The notes beneath the pieces are model-generated. The model made no database searches and was not told where the DNA came from. It saw nothing but the letters and a program-made list of their open reading frames with translations. This document shows, piece by piece, positions 15,734 through 25,047 of a DNA stretch of 26,030 nt. Position 1 is the first letter of the stretch, and each line of letters opens with the position of its first letter. Both the position numbers and the translations under genes were made by a program. Source of the DNA: Elainellaceae cyanobacterium (lineage in GTDB: Bacteria; Cyanobacteriota; Cyanobacteriia; CAZCXK01); NCBI GenBank assembly GCA_051117555.1, contig JBNPEG010000253.1:1-26030 (forward strand). Reading direction: 5' to 3'.

Positions 15734-16837
15734 TTACTCTGAAAGCTGCATCCGACGAAGCATCCGACGAGTGATTGTGAATAAAAGAACACAGATTGCT
15801 ACCATAATCAGACATTGCAGCCAAACTGCACGCCAACCAGCACCCCGAACAAAGGCATCCCGGGTAATTTGAAGGTAGTACCGAGCGGGGACAATTCGAG
15901 AAATCAAGGACAACGGAAACGGAATGTTGCTCGTCGGATAAAGAAAGCCAGACAGCAGTAGTGCAGTCATAAAGCCAACGGTAGACGTTCCTTGAACAGC
16001 GGCATCCTGGGTGTTAGTGCGCGTTCCAACAAAGAGGCCAAACATAATGCTGGTGGCTAGAAATATGGCAGTCCCAACGATTAGGGAAGTCGGATCACCC
16101 GCTAACCCAACGCCCGAGAAGATAGACCCCAGACTGATCACTGTTAATGCTTCTGCAACGCCTACGAAGAAATATGCCAAACCTTTACCCAGCAGTAGTT
16201 CGGTTGCGCTGAGGCTGGAGGCATAAACCTGTAAAATTGTGCCTCGTTCTTTATCTCGTACCATCGCAACGGCGGCTAGCAGTGACGGATAAATCCATAA
16301 GATCAATCCATAGACTCCTGGCACGACATAGAGTGATTCTTTGCGACCTGGATTAAACCAGAGACGAGTTTCGGCATCTACCCGAGGCTGCGACGATTGT
16401 AAATTTGCTGTATTCAAGAATGAGGTGATAGTTGCACGAATATTGTTTTGCACAATGCGGGCATTGTTAGTATCCGTTCCATCAATGACTACCTGCACCG
16501 TCGCAGTCTGCTCATCTCGAATCCGGCGATCGAAGTCAGGGGGAATGACAACAACGCCCTTAGCGACTCCTTGCTCAAGTGCTCTGATTGGGTTATCACT
16601 AAACCCGTCTACAGGCTGAAACTGATTCGTCGCAAAGATTTGTTCAATAAAATCTCGGCTCAGTAGACCTCGTTCAAAGTCTTGAATCACAACGGGTAGA
16701 TCCTCTGCTTGCAGCCGAATCGCAGTGCCAAATAGCAGTAGGGTAATTAGCGGGAGCAGAATCGCCAATGCCACCGTGAGGCGATCGCGCCGAAACTGAG
16801 CCAATTCTTTGAGACACTGCGACCAAATACGTTTCAT
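15734..16837 (-). CDS. ABC-2 transporter permease (YbhS-like)
   Basis: KELAQFRRDR, DGTDTNNA, WFNP, RDKERGT and LLSGFLYP motifs. Confidence 0.92.
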   Translation of the reverse strand: MKRIWSQCLKELAQFRRDRLTVALAILLPLITLLLFGTAIRLQAEDLPVVIQDFERGLLSRDFIEQIFATNQFQPVDGFSDNPIRALEQGVAKGVVVIPPDFDRRIRDEQTATVQVVIDGTDTNNARIVQNNIRATITSFLNTANLQSSQPRVDAETRLWFNPGRKESLYVVPGVYGLILWIYPSLLAAVAMVRDKERGTILQVYASSLSATELLLGKGLAYFFVGVAEALTVISLGSIFSGVGLAGDPTSLIVGTAIFLATSIMFGLFVGTRTNTQDAAVQGTSTVGFMTALLLSGFLYPTSNIPFPLSLISRIVPARYYLQITRDAFVRGAGWRAVWLQCLIMVAICVLLFTITRRMLRRMQLSE

Positions 16838-18843
16838 TGTGTCCGGGCGCGCTCCACGATACCAATAAACGCATCCTCTAGAGAAAAGGAAATAGGCTTA
16901 AGGGCTTGAACAGGTAAGTTAGCGTCCTCTAAGGTTGTTTGAATTTGCGATTTCTGAGTGGTTGGATCGTCTAGAACCACATGGAGGCGATCGCCAAAGA
17001 TGGATACTTTCCAAGAATCGAGTTGAGTTTTAAGTAAATCAGAAACGGCTTGAGGACGACGGGTTGTCAGCTCAAAAAGCTGTCCAGGTTGCTCCGTCTT
17101 AATATCATTGGGAGTCCCTTGACTCACTACTCGACCTGCCACCATAAAGCCCATTCGATTACAGTGTTCGGCTTCTTCTAGGTAGTGGGTCGTGACGATG
17201 ACGGCGGTTCCATTACGGGCAAAGTCTTCAATCAATCGCCAGAACTGCCGTCGCGCCAACGGGTCTACGCCCGATGTAGGCTCATCGAGGAACAGAATAT
17301 CAGGGGCATGCATCACCGATGCGCCAAACGCTACCCGCTGCTTCCATCCACCGGGGAGCTTGCCAGTCAGCAAATTTTCCTGGCCTTCGAGTCCGCTTGT
17401 GGTGAGTACCCAGTCAATTTTCTCTCGGCGTTGACGCCGTGGCACTCCATACACGCCACAATAAAACTCTAGATTTTGTCCGATACTCAGGTCATCATAC
17501 AGGGTAAATTTTTGACTCATATAGCCGATGCGACGCCGCAGCTCTCGACTGCGGAGATTCTGGGTTTGCTCCGCTAAGACCATAGTTCCGGCGCTAGCTG
17601 GAATTAAGCCGCAGAGCATCTTGATGGTGGTGGTTTTCCCGGCTCCATTGGCCCCCAGCAATCCGTAGATTTCGCCATAGTGTACTTCTAAGTCCACGCC
17701 TTTGACCGCTTCAAAGTCACCAAACCGCTTTTTTAGGTTCGTCGCACCGATAGCAATTTTGTCAGACAAACGTCGTTCACCATGGGCAGCGTTGCGCTGT
17801 GCATGATTATCTTTCGACGCTGTTCGAGGAAAGGGGATAAAGGGTGGATCAGAGCCTTGCTGTCGCAGCCGCGTTACGAATACATTCTCTAAGGTTGGAT
17901 CGGTTACTTCAACGGTTTTGACAGAAAACTGATGATCCTCTAATAGCGATCGCACCTGATGGCTTCCTTGCTCTGCGTCTTTGACTAATACATCGAGGCG
18001 ATCGCCAAAGGTCTGCACATCAGCAATCATCGGTGCAGCACCATTATCACGGGTTTTCGACTGGGTATGTAGCACCTGCTCAGCAGACTCCAGCGTCCGT
18101 AAGTCCTCGGTTCGCACCTGTAGCCGCTCTAATCCTAAGCTCTGACGTAGCTGCTCAAGGGTGCCAATTTGCTGAATCTGTCCGTCGTACATCAACGCAA
18201 TGCGATGGCAGCGCTCTGCTTCATCGAGATAGGGCGTTGCGACGACAATAGTACTTCCGTCGTTGGCTAGATTCGCCAAGACATCCCAAAATTCCCGGCG
18301 AGACACCGGATCAACCCCCGTAGTTGGCTCATCCAGCAATAGAATATCGGGTTCAGACACCAATGCAGTACAGAGGGCTAGCTTCTGCTTCATCCCCCCT
18401 GATAAGGCTCCAGCAAGGCGATCGCCAATTTGGGCTAATCCCATCAGCTCAAGATACTTCTGCCGCCGCTGCTGAAACCGCTTTTCAGGCACTTGGCGCA
18501 ACCCAGCGCTGTAGCGCAAATTTTCGTCGATGCTGAGGTCAAGATACAGAGAAAACTGCTGGGTCAGGTATCCAGTCCTCAATCGTGCATCTCGTGGCGC
18601 CCGATTTAGAACCCAAACCGTTCCATCCGTTGGCTCCATAATGCCCGCCAAAATATGAAACGTGGTGGTTTTTCCGGCTCCATCAGGGCCAATGAGTCCA
18701 AAGATTTCTCCCCGCTGGACTGAAAAATCAATTCCTTTAACAGCCGTCAGCTTGCCATAGCGCTTCTGAAGCCCCCGAACGTGAATAGCAGACTCTGGAT
18801 CGGCATGGGCAGGATGGGTATCAGGTCGTGGTGCTGCTATCAC
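16834..18843 (-). CDS. ABC transporter ATP-binding protein with two NBDs (YbhF-like)
   Basis: GPDGAGKTT / LSGGMKQ / LLLDEPT and GANGAGKTT / LPGGWKQ / LFLDEPT; overlaps the next gene by 4 bp. Confidence 0.95.
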   Translation of the reverse strand: MIAAPRPDTHPAHADPESAIHVRGLQKRYGKLTAVKGIDFSVQRGEIFGLIGPDGAGKTTTFHILAGIMEPTDGTVWVLNRAPRDARLRTGYLTQQFSLYLDLSIDENLRYSAGLRQVPEKRFQQRRQKYLELMGLAQIGDRLAGALSGGMKQKLALCTALVSEPDILLLDEPTTGVDPVSRREFWDVLANLANDGSTIVVATPYLDEAERCHRIALMYDGQIQQIGTLEQLRQSLGLERLQVRTEDLRTLESAEQVLHTQSKTRDNGAAPMIADVQTFGDRLDVLVKDAEQGSHQVRSLLEDHQFSVKTVEVTDPTLENVFVTRLRQQGSDPPFIPFPRTASKDNHAQRNAAHGERRLSDKIAIGATNLKKRFGDFEAVKGVDLEVHYGEIYGLLGANGAGKTTTIKMLCGLIPASAGTMVLAEQTQNLRSRELRRRIGYMSQKFTLYDDLSIGQNLEFYCGVYGVPRRQRREKIDWVLTTSGLEGQENLLTGKLPGGWKQRVAFGASVMHAPDILFLDEPTSGVDPLARRQFWRLIEDFARNGTAVIVTTHYLEEAEHCNRMGFMVAGRVVSQGTPNDIKTEQPGQLFELTTRRPQAVSDLLKTQLDSWKVSIFGDRLHVVLDDPTTQKSQIQTTLEDANLPVQALKPISFSLEDAFIGIVERARTQ

Positions 18844-18847
18844 CGAA

Positions 18848-20203
18848 CTAATCCTCTATTATGTCAGTACTGTCTGGCAGCTCTTGAGGGATGATTTCGG
18901 CATCGGCGGGCATCCCCGGTTTGGCAAAGCCATCTGGATTCACGATTTTGATATCAACCCCAAATACTTGCTGCACGCGGTCTTCTTTGAAATAGATATT
19001 TTCAGGTGTAAAGGAGGCTTCAGTATCGATCGCCATCACGTAGGCATCTAGCGGGCGATCGGGAAACGAGTCCAAATAGACTCTAGCGGGCTGCCCGACT
19101 CGCACTCGCCCAATCTGCCCTTCAGGAATAAACCCTCGCATATAGACAGAATCTGGATCAAGGACGGTCAGCAGAGTCGTCCCATTCGTCACCACCGTTC
19201 CGGGCTCGACGGTGCGGGTCAGGACGACGCCACCAATCGGACTTTCAATATCGAGGTCATCAATCTGCGCTAGGATCTCTCGCCGCACAGCTTGGGCATT
19301 TTCAACATCGGCTCTAGCAGCTTCAAGCTCTGCCTGATTTACTTCAAGCTGACTCTGTAATTCCTGAACTCGAGCCGTCCGGATCTCAGGGTTGAATCCA
19401 GTGCTGCGAGCTTGCTCTAGCGTTCCCTCGGTAGCATTAACCTGACGACGAGCAGCCGCAATAGCCGCCTCTCGGTTACTGACGGTGGCTATTGCGGTAT
19501 CATATGCCGTTTGAGCCTGGTCGAGTGCTTCGTCAGCGAGAGCTCCTTGTTCGACCAGAAATCGAGCCCGTCTCAAATCGACCCGTTCCAACTCCAGTCG
19601 AGATTGAGCCTCAGTCAACTCAGCTTGCGACTGAATAAGTTGGGCTTCTGCCGCGGCTAAATTGGCTTCTGCCTCCAAAATCCGCCCCTGCGACTCTCCG
19701 ACCGCTTGCTCTTGAGTAAGCTGGGCTTGATTAATTTGACTTTGGATGACGCTGAGTCGACGTTGAGCTTGAGTGGCTCGTTGCTGGGCTGCCCTGAGTC
19801 GCGCGGTTGCTCCATCTAATCGAGCTTGAAGTTCTGACTCGTTAAGCTGGGCAATCTGATCCCCTTGTTCGACGCGATCGCCCTCTCGCACCGTAATCAG
19901 ATCGATCTTACCTGTGACTTCCGAATCAATATCGGTCGGGTATCCTTCAAGGCGTCCACTCAATTCAATGATCTCAGATTCAGTCTGAGACAGAAAATAC
20001 CAGGCGGCTGCCCCAGCACCAATGAGCACTAGCCCGATCGGAATGAGCACACGAGGCTTCACTATCGACTTAAATTTGTTTTTCGACGACTGCTTTTGAT
20101 CAGCCTGTGAATCGGACGGGGATGCATCATCCGTTTGATTCGATTCTGGATGATCAGATTCTGGATGATCAGACTCTGGATGTTTGGGTGGCGATTGAGT
20201 CAT
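18848..20203 (-). CDS. HlyD-family membrane fusion protein (YbhG-like)
   Basis: N-terminal TM, SGRLEG, VREGDRV, long coiled coil, IESPIGGVV, ASFTPENIY, AKPGMPAD; HPESD x3 repeat at 20141-20182. Confidence 0.93.
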   Translation of the reverse strand: MTQSPPKHPESDHPESDHPESNQTDDASPSDSQADQKQSSKNKFKSIVKPRVLIPIGLVLIGAGAAAWYFLSQTESEIIELSGRLEGYPTDIDSEVTGKIDLITVREGDRVEQGDQIAQLNESELQARLDGATARLRAAQQRATQAQRRLSVIQSQINQAQLTQEQAVGESQGRILEAEANLAAAEAQLIQSQAELTEAQSRLELERVDLRRARFLVEQGALADEALDQAQTAYDTAIATVSNREAAIAAARRQVNATEGTLEQARSTGFNPEIRTARVQELQSQLEVNQAELEAARADVENAQAVRREILAQIDDLDIESPIGGVVLTRTVEPGTVVTNGTTLLTVLDPDSVYMRGFIPEGQIGRVRVGQPARVYLDSFPDRPLDAYVMAIDTEASFTPENIYFKEDRVQQVFGVDIKIVNPDGFAKPGMPADAEIIPQELPDSTDIIED

Positions 20204-20270
20204 AACACTGACCCCAGGAACCCCACGAGGGTATTTGGGCGAGTCTACACTACATTATTCACTAGTTTAA

Positions 20271-20285
20271 ACTAAACTGGTTAGT
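20271..20285. promoter_or_regulatory. Candidate TetR operator ACTAA-ACTGG-TTAGT in the divergent promoter region
   Basis: Inverted repeat between hlyD and tetR; a second palindrome CTATACCT-TTT-AGGTATAG lies at 20319-20337. Confidence 0.45.
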
Positions 20286-20401
20286 AAAGATAGTCAAGTT
20301 GATGTTAATCTATTCGGACTATACCTTTTAGGTATAGCCCCATAATCTCCATAGAGACATAGGTAAACCTCTCGACACCTCTACCGTAGAATTAGAACCT
20401 C

Positions 20402-21040
20402 ATGCAATCTGTCCCCAACCCGCCTGATCAGCCCAAGCCGTCAAAGAAGGCATCCAAGATTCTGGATGCGGCAACTCAGGAATTTTTGAAACACGGATAT
20501 GCGGGGGCAACGATTGACCAAATCGCCGCCACAGCGGCAGTATCCAAACCAACGGTATACAGTCATTTTCGAAATAAGGAAGAGTTATTTTCCGTCCTTA
20601 TCGAACAACTAGCCAAAGAAAAATATCGAACCATATTTCAAGTTGACGATCCTCAGGCGTTTCACGCAGAGCCCCGAATCGTACTTCGGCGGGTCCTTAC
20701 CGCTTTTTTTGATGTTGCTGGCGGAGACCCTGACTTTGTTGCGTTCATGCGGCTTATTATTGGCGAATCTGGACGATTCCCCGAGATTGTGCAACCGTAT
20801 CTTCGCAATATCGCAAAGCCAGCCCTTGAAACTATGAGTCAGTATTTGATGTCGTGTCCAGAGCTGAATTTGACCGATCCGGATGCAACAGCGCGAATCG
20901 TCATTGGAAGCGTTGTTCACTATTTCCTTCTCCAAGAGGTATTGCATGGAAAATCTGTCATACCGCTGGAGCGCGATCGCTTACTTGATAGTTTGATAGA
21001 ACTCATTGTGAACGCCGAACAGCACAATCATCCGGAGTAG
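20402..21040 (+). CDS. TetR/AcrR-family regulator divergent from the ABC exporter operon
   Basis: ILDAATQEFLKHGYAGATIDQIA..AAVSKPTVYSHFRNKEELF; RLIIGESGRFPE C-domain. Confidence 0.93.
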   Translation: MQSVPNPPDQPKPSKKASKILDAATQEFLKHGYAGATIDQIAATAAVSKPTVYSHFRNKEELFSVLIEQLAKEKYRTIFQVDDPQAFHAEPRIVLRRVLTAFFDVAGGDPDFVAFMRLIIGESGRFPEIVQPYLRNIAKPALETMSQYLMSCPELNLTDPDATARIVIGSVVHYFLLQEVLHGKSVIPLERDRLLDSLIELIVNAEQHNHPE

Positions 21041-21254
21041 GCGATCGCCTCGTGAGTTTGACTCGAAAATTTCAGGATGCAAATTCTTATTAAAGCGGTG
21101 ACTCGGTAACCATCATGACTAGCCAGTCGTCATCGACAGGTTTCATAGATCTTCTGTCTCAACAAATCTTCCTGCGGTGATTGACTAGCTAGGTTGTTTA
21201 TGCCGATAGTGGTTGTATCGATGCAATGCCCTCAAACCCGGCAGGCACACAATT

Positions 21255-21506
21255 ATGCAAACGTTTCTAACCTTTGCTTTTGAAGCTATTTTTCTGACAG
21301 GATCTGGCTATCTCTTCACTGGCTTCATCCTGGGATTGGTTGATTTGTGGCACCGTTCACATCCAGACATCGCAACACGGCTGCAATCCTCTAATCAGAC
21401 CCAGCAGCAACTAACCGCAGCGACTGTGATGCCGATCAATGGCGCTATCAAACAGGCTGATCGCCAGAGAGAATATGAGCCTATTAATCGCAGTCTAGAA
21501 AGGTAA
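21255..21506 (+). CDS. Small hypothetical protein with an N-terminal hydrophobic segment
   Basis: ATG at 21255 preferred over the upstream TTG at 21213; MQTFLTFAFEAIFLTGSGYLFTGFILGLVDLW. Confidence 0.55.
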   Translation: MQTFLTFAFEAIFLTGSGYLFTGFILGLVDLWHRSHPDIATRLQSSNQTQQQLTAATVMPINGAIKQADRQREYEPINRSLER

Positions 21507-21643
21507 TGCACTGAAACCAGAAGCGCTGAACTTCAACGAGATTAGGCTTTGTGTATTTTCTGTCTCATAGTCAGAATCACCTACCCACTTCTCCTGTCGC
21601 TCGCTACCTTTAAGAAGGACAGCATTTATTTTGGGGGTATCCC

Positions 21644-21826
21644 ATGTTTTTTCCTATGTGCAATCCCATGAGCTACGACCGCCGTGCTGCTCGTGAGCAC
21701 CGAGAGCAGAAGTTGCAGTTCTTGCGCTGGGTTAAGGACTCGATGGAAACCCGTCTGGCTGCTGTGAACGCTGCCATTGAAAATATCGAGAGTCAACAGC
21801 GTCGGGATGAAGAGAGCGCTTCTTAG
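21644..21826 (+). CDS. Small coiled-coil hypothetical protein
   Basis: 60 aa, KLQFLRWVKDSMETRLAAVNAAIENIESQ amphipathic helix; purine-rich GGGGG upstream. Confidence 0.7.
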   Translation: MFFPMCNPMSYDRRAAREHREQKLQFLRWVKDSMETRLAAVNAAIENIESQQRRDEESAS

Positions 21827-21904
21827 ACCGCTTAACCTAAGGGTGCATCTCAGGGTTGGAAGAATTCAAGGTGTAGAGTCGTACGGGTATCTGCTCTAAT
21901 TTTT

Positions 21905-22993
21905 CTATAATCCTGACCATCGAACCGTGTATGGAATTTCTTCGATGGGCAGATTATTGCAGTCCCAGTTATCGTACTGAAGCTGTAACCGCCGTTCTCC
22001 TGCGTATTCTGCCAGCCTGCCGCTATACAGCTTAGCCTCGGTGCCCAAGCTTTGAATCCGGACTTTGCCGTTAAAGACCGTAGCGCGGGCGAGATAGATT
22101 ACGAGGTCATCTCGAGACGGACGATTAACGGTGGTAATCGCAGTTAGGTGGGCTAACCCCCGCTCATCCATTTCTTGGGCGAGGGCGATCGCCGTATTGC
22201 GAATACCACGAATGGCGACAATATTGGCAGCAACGGTCATCGTGATATTGACGCCGTCGTCGGTGAGAATAGAGTTATTCGATAAAAATTGAAAGTTTTG
22301 TTCTCCTAAGTCACTGCGAATGCGACGATGAATTAAATTATCGGGATGATAGTGGGTGAGGGTTCCAACGATCGCACCACAGGCGTCACGGGGTTCCCGC
22401 CAAGGAGATTCACGGGTTTTGCCGTAAATTTGTCGGCCATTCTCACGCAAGCGCCCGACGTGAGTTTTGAGGTCGATGGCAACGAGAGAAATGGATTGAG
22501 GATTCCCTTCGTACACGCGTCGTTTCAGAGATTCGTCTAGCTCGTGCGCTACGGTGACGTGGGCCAAGGTCGCGCCGTCGTCAGTACCTCCGCCTGCCGG
22601 GAAAAAAGCCTCTAGCTTGAGTTCTCCGATTTCAGAGAGGGTGGCAAATCGGGAGGCGACGACATCCCGATAGCGTTTGGTAGCTTCACCCTGATGGATG
22701 CGATCGCCACAGTTGGTATAAGCCAAGGTGGTGACAACGCTGGGTAAGCTCATGTCGGCCCCGCACGCTTTCATATCGGTAGGGCTAGATGCCGCAAACT
22801 GAAGCTCGTCTCGCAAGATTTGCAGCCCGTTGATGAGCGCGTAGCGATCGCTCACAATCTCGTTCAGATAATTGTGATAGGCATTACGCTCCATCCCAAA
22901 ATCGGCGGCAAGTTGCCAAAAATTTTCGACCCGTGCTTCGGTAGGAGCCGCATCAAAGGGTAAAGCCATAGGCGTATATAAGGCAGTTGTCAA
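21905..22993 (-). CDS. Conserved hypothetical protein; candidate LCIB/theta-class carbonic-anhydrase-like Zn protein
   Basis: 362-aa ORF with HIP1 sites. Motif order NC95GD..GATLAH..TH178VG..AC205GAI..ATVFNG parallels the LCIB family. The CDS itself is secure; the fold call is inference. Confidence 0.6.
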   Translation of the reverse strand: MTTALYTPMALPFDAAPTEARVENFWQLAADFGMERNAYHNYLNEIVSDRYALINGLQILRDELQFAASSPTDMKACGADMSLPSVVTTLAYTNCGDRIHQGEATKRYRDVVASRFATLSEIGELKLEAFFPAGGGTDDGATLAHVTVAHELDESLKRRVYEGNPQSISLVAIDLKTHVGRLRENGRQIYGKTRESPWREPRDACGAIVGTLTHYHPDNLIHRRIRSDLGEQNFQFLSNNSILTDDGVNITMTVAANIVAIRGIRNTAIALAQEMDERGLAHLTAITTVNRPSRDDLVIYLARATVFNGKVRIQSLGTEAKLYSGRLAEYAGERRLQLQYDNWDCNNLPIEEIPYTVRWSGL

Positions 22994-23174
22994 TTTGGAA
23001 GACCCATCATGAGTGTTTGATGAGATCGTTCAAATGATATACGCTACCGAGGCAGTTTAGTACAGCAGATTGACCGCAACTGTCTAGAGTGCCGAATTAT
23101 TCTCAATGGCGTCTGGCTAACTTGGAGTATTGGGTAGGGCGATCGCTAACCGCATGGCTACCAAACTTCATGGG

Positions 23175-24758
23175 TTAAACGACGGTTGTGTCAGCCGGAA
23201 TAAACTCAATGAAATCAAACCGAGCAAACTCCGCTTGGTTAACATTGCCAGTCAAGGTAATGGTATCTCCAGTGGCGATCGCCACATCTTCAAATACAGT
23301 TCGACTCACCTGATTGCGGCTGCTCACCGCCCCATCACCAAGATTTTGGTCAAACGTCCAACCCGTTTGATTTGCCCCAACTTGGACAGACACCGAGGAA
23401 AGCCCGTCATTTTCATCAAAGTAGCCTACAACCACGTCATAGGTTCCGGTGAGTCCAGAAAATTGCGTGGATGCCGTTCCTTGAGAAGTCCCTGATTGGA
23501 ACAAGCTAATGACTGCATCATCCGATGCATCATTTTTGCCCGATTCAATTCGGTAGCCCGTGAGTGCCATCTGTTCAGCTTCGAGTCGAAGCAATTCTCC
23601 GGCAGTTGGAACAGGCGTGGGTGCGGGTGCTGGAGCGGGTGCCGGTGCCGGTGCGGGTGCAGGCGCTGGCGCGGGTGCTGGAGCGGGTGCGGGTGCTGGG
23701 GCTGGAGACGCGCTACTCAGCGGCATAAACTCGACAAAATCAACCCGTGCCCATTCGGCTTGATTCGCAGTTCCCGACACAGTAATGGCATCCCCTTGAG
23801 TCAGCTCAACGCCGCTGAGGACTTTTCTGACAACTCGATTCTTACTGCTGACTCCACCATCGCCTAAGCTTTCATCGAGCGTCCAACTGGTTTGGTCGTT
23901 GCCGATTTGTAGGGAAAGCTGAGCCACTCCATCGTTTTCATCAAAGTAGCCGACAATCACATCATAGGTGCCTGTTGCCCCTGTGAACTGGGAGTTTGCC
24001 GTTCCTTGAGAATTGCCTGTGTTGAATAAAGTAATCAGTTCATTCCCGGATGCTGCACTCTTGCCCGACTCGATGCGATAGCCGCTGAGGGTCATATCTT
24101 CAGCTTCAATGCGGATTGGGCTTCCACCACCACTGCCGCCTGTACCGTCTCCCAAAATCGGCGAGAGCGCATCATGCCAAGCATCCGCAATTTTGGCGTA
24201 ACCCGATGTTGTGGGATGCACGCTATCTGCTAAATCCGATGCGGTCATGCGAGAAAAAACGTCTACAAAGTAGACCGATTTGCCTTGGCTAATCTTCTGG
24301 TTAACAATGCCTGGAATTGTAGAATTGAAATCGATCGTCTGTTGCGAATCACTGCCCGATCGCCCCGATGGAGGAACCGACGCCACTAGCACCTTCACAC
24401 CCGCTACTTGAGCAACGATCTGATCGATCAGACTGCTGAGACGGGCAGGAGCCGTACTGAGTTGATAATCTTGCAGGATATCGTTGGTGCCGATCATCAG
24501 CAGTACGATATCGGGCTGTTGAACGCTTAGCCATCCGTTGATTGAACTGGCGATTTCGTCAATTCTCCAGCCTCGTCGCCCTTCATGATCATCGTCAATA
24601 CTGCTTGGGCCTGTTTCGAGCGATCCGACAAAATCAACGCTTTGCCCATCTGTCAGCAACGAATTCCACAATTCAGTCCGATAACCACCACTATTGGTGT
24701 TGCTGCTGTTCACCACTCCATATGTAATGGAGTCCCCCACTGGCATGATTTTTAACAT
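23175..24758 (-). CDS. SGNH/GDSL esterase (CE3-like) + two CBM6/35-like repeats joined by a (PA)n linker
   Basis: GDSITYG, HEG, GTND, DSVHP; two repeats starting IRIEAE / LRLEAE, both containing GTYDVxVGYFDENDG. ATG at 24758 with GGAG RBS preferred over TTG at 24830. Confidence 0.88.
   Translation of the reverse strand: MLKIMPVGDSITYGVVNSSNTNSGGYRTELWNSLLTDGQSVDFVGSLETGPSSIDDDHEGRRGWRIDEIASSINGWLSVQQPDIVLLMIGTNDILQDYQLSTAPARLSSLIDQIVAQVAGVKVLVASVPPSGRSGSDSQQTIDFNSTIPGIVNQKISQGKSVYFVDVFSRMTASDLADSVHPTTSGYAKIADAWHDALSPILGDGTGGSGGGSPIRIEAEDMTLSGYRIESGKSAASGNELITLFNTGNSQGTANSQFTGATGTYDVIVGYFDENDGVAQLSLQIGNDQTSWTLDESLGDGGVSSKNRVVRKVLSGVELTQGDAITVSGTANQAEWARVDFVEFMPLSSASPAPAPAPAPAPAPAPAPAPAPAPAPAPAPTPVPTAGELLRLEAEQMALTGYRIESGKNDASDDAVISLFQSGTSQGTASTQFSGLTGTYDVVVGYFDENDGLSSVSVQVGANQTGWTFDQNLGDGAVSSRNQVSRTVFEDVAIATGDTITLTGNVNQAEFARFDFIEFIPADTTVV
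23619..23705 (-). repeat. Hexamer tandem repeat encoding (PA)14-P
   Basis: 29 codons alternating Pro/Ala with varied third positions. Confidence 0.9.
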
Positions 24759-24902
24759 TAGACGCTCCAAAGACGCTCCAAGTCTAGATAGCCATGAATG
24801 CAAACCGCTAGACTGACCAGTCAAACTCAATCGGTCGAAGTCAGTTGGCTTACGAATACAGATTTCACCTGTCGGTATAAGACTAGTTTCAAGCCTATAA
24901 GC

Positions 24903-24918
24903 TGTATCAGTGGTTACA
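24903..24918. promoter_or_regulatory. NtcA-type binding site TGTA-N8-TACA
   Basis: TGTATCAGTGGTTACA, about 145 bp upstream of the SGNH gene start. Confidence 0.55.
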
Positions 24919-25047
24919 CTAGCGTCTCTGAATATTCTTTGTCAGCTCTTTATACGGAGTCGCGGATCGTAAATTTTTGGCGTATCTGCCAATTTTCTAC
25001 CTGATATCGCGATCCTAATCGCTTGTGAATTGTGTGTAAGCGGTTAG

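Noticed and set aside
14573..21040. ABC exporter + TetR as a novel system
   Set aside because: Standard YbhGFSR-like organisation; the degenerate LPGG signature in the second NBD is not evidence of novelty
21837..21857. CTAAGGGTGCATCTCAG as a MITE end
   Set aside because: No matching inverted end nearby; too short to support
23496..23867. Silk-like (GA)n and Cys/Gly-rich ORFs on the + strand
   Set aside because: Antisense shadows of the (PA)n linker of the SGNH gene
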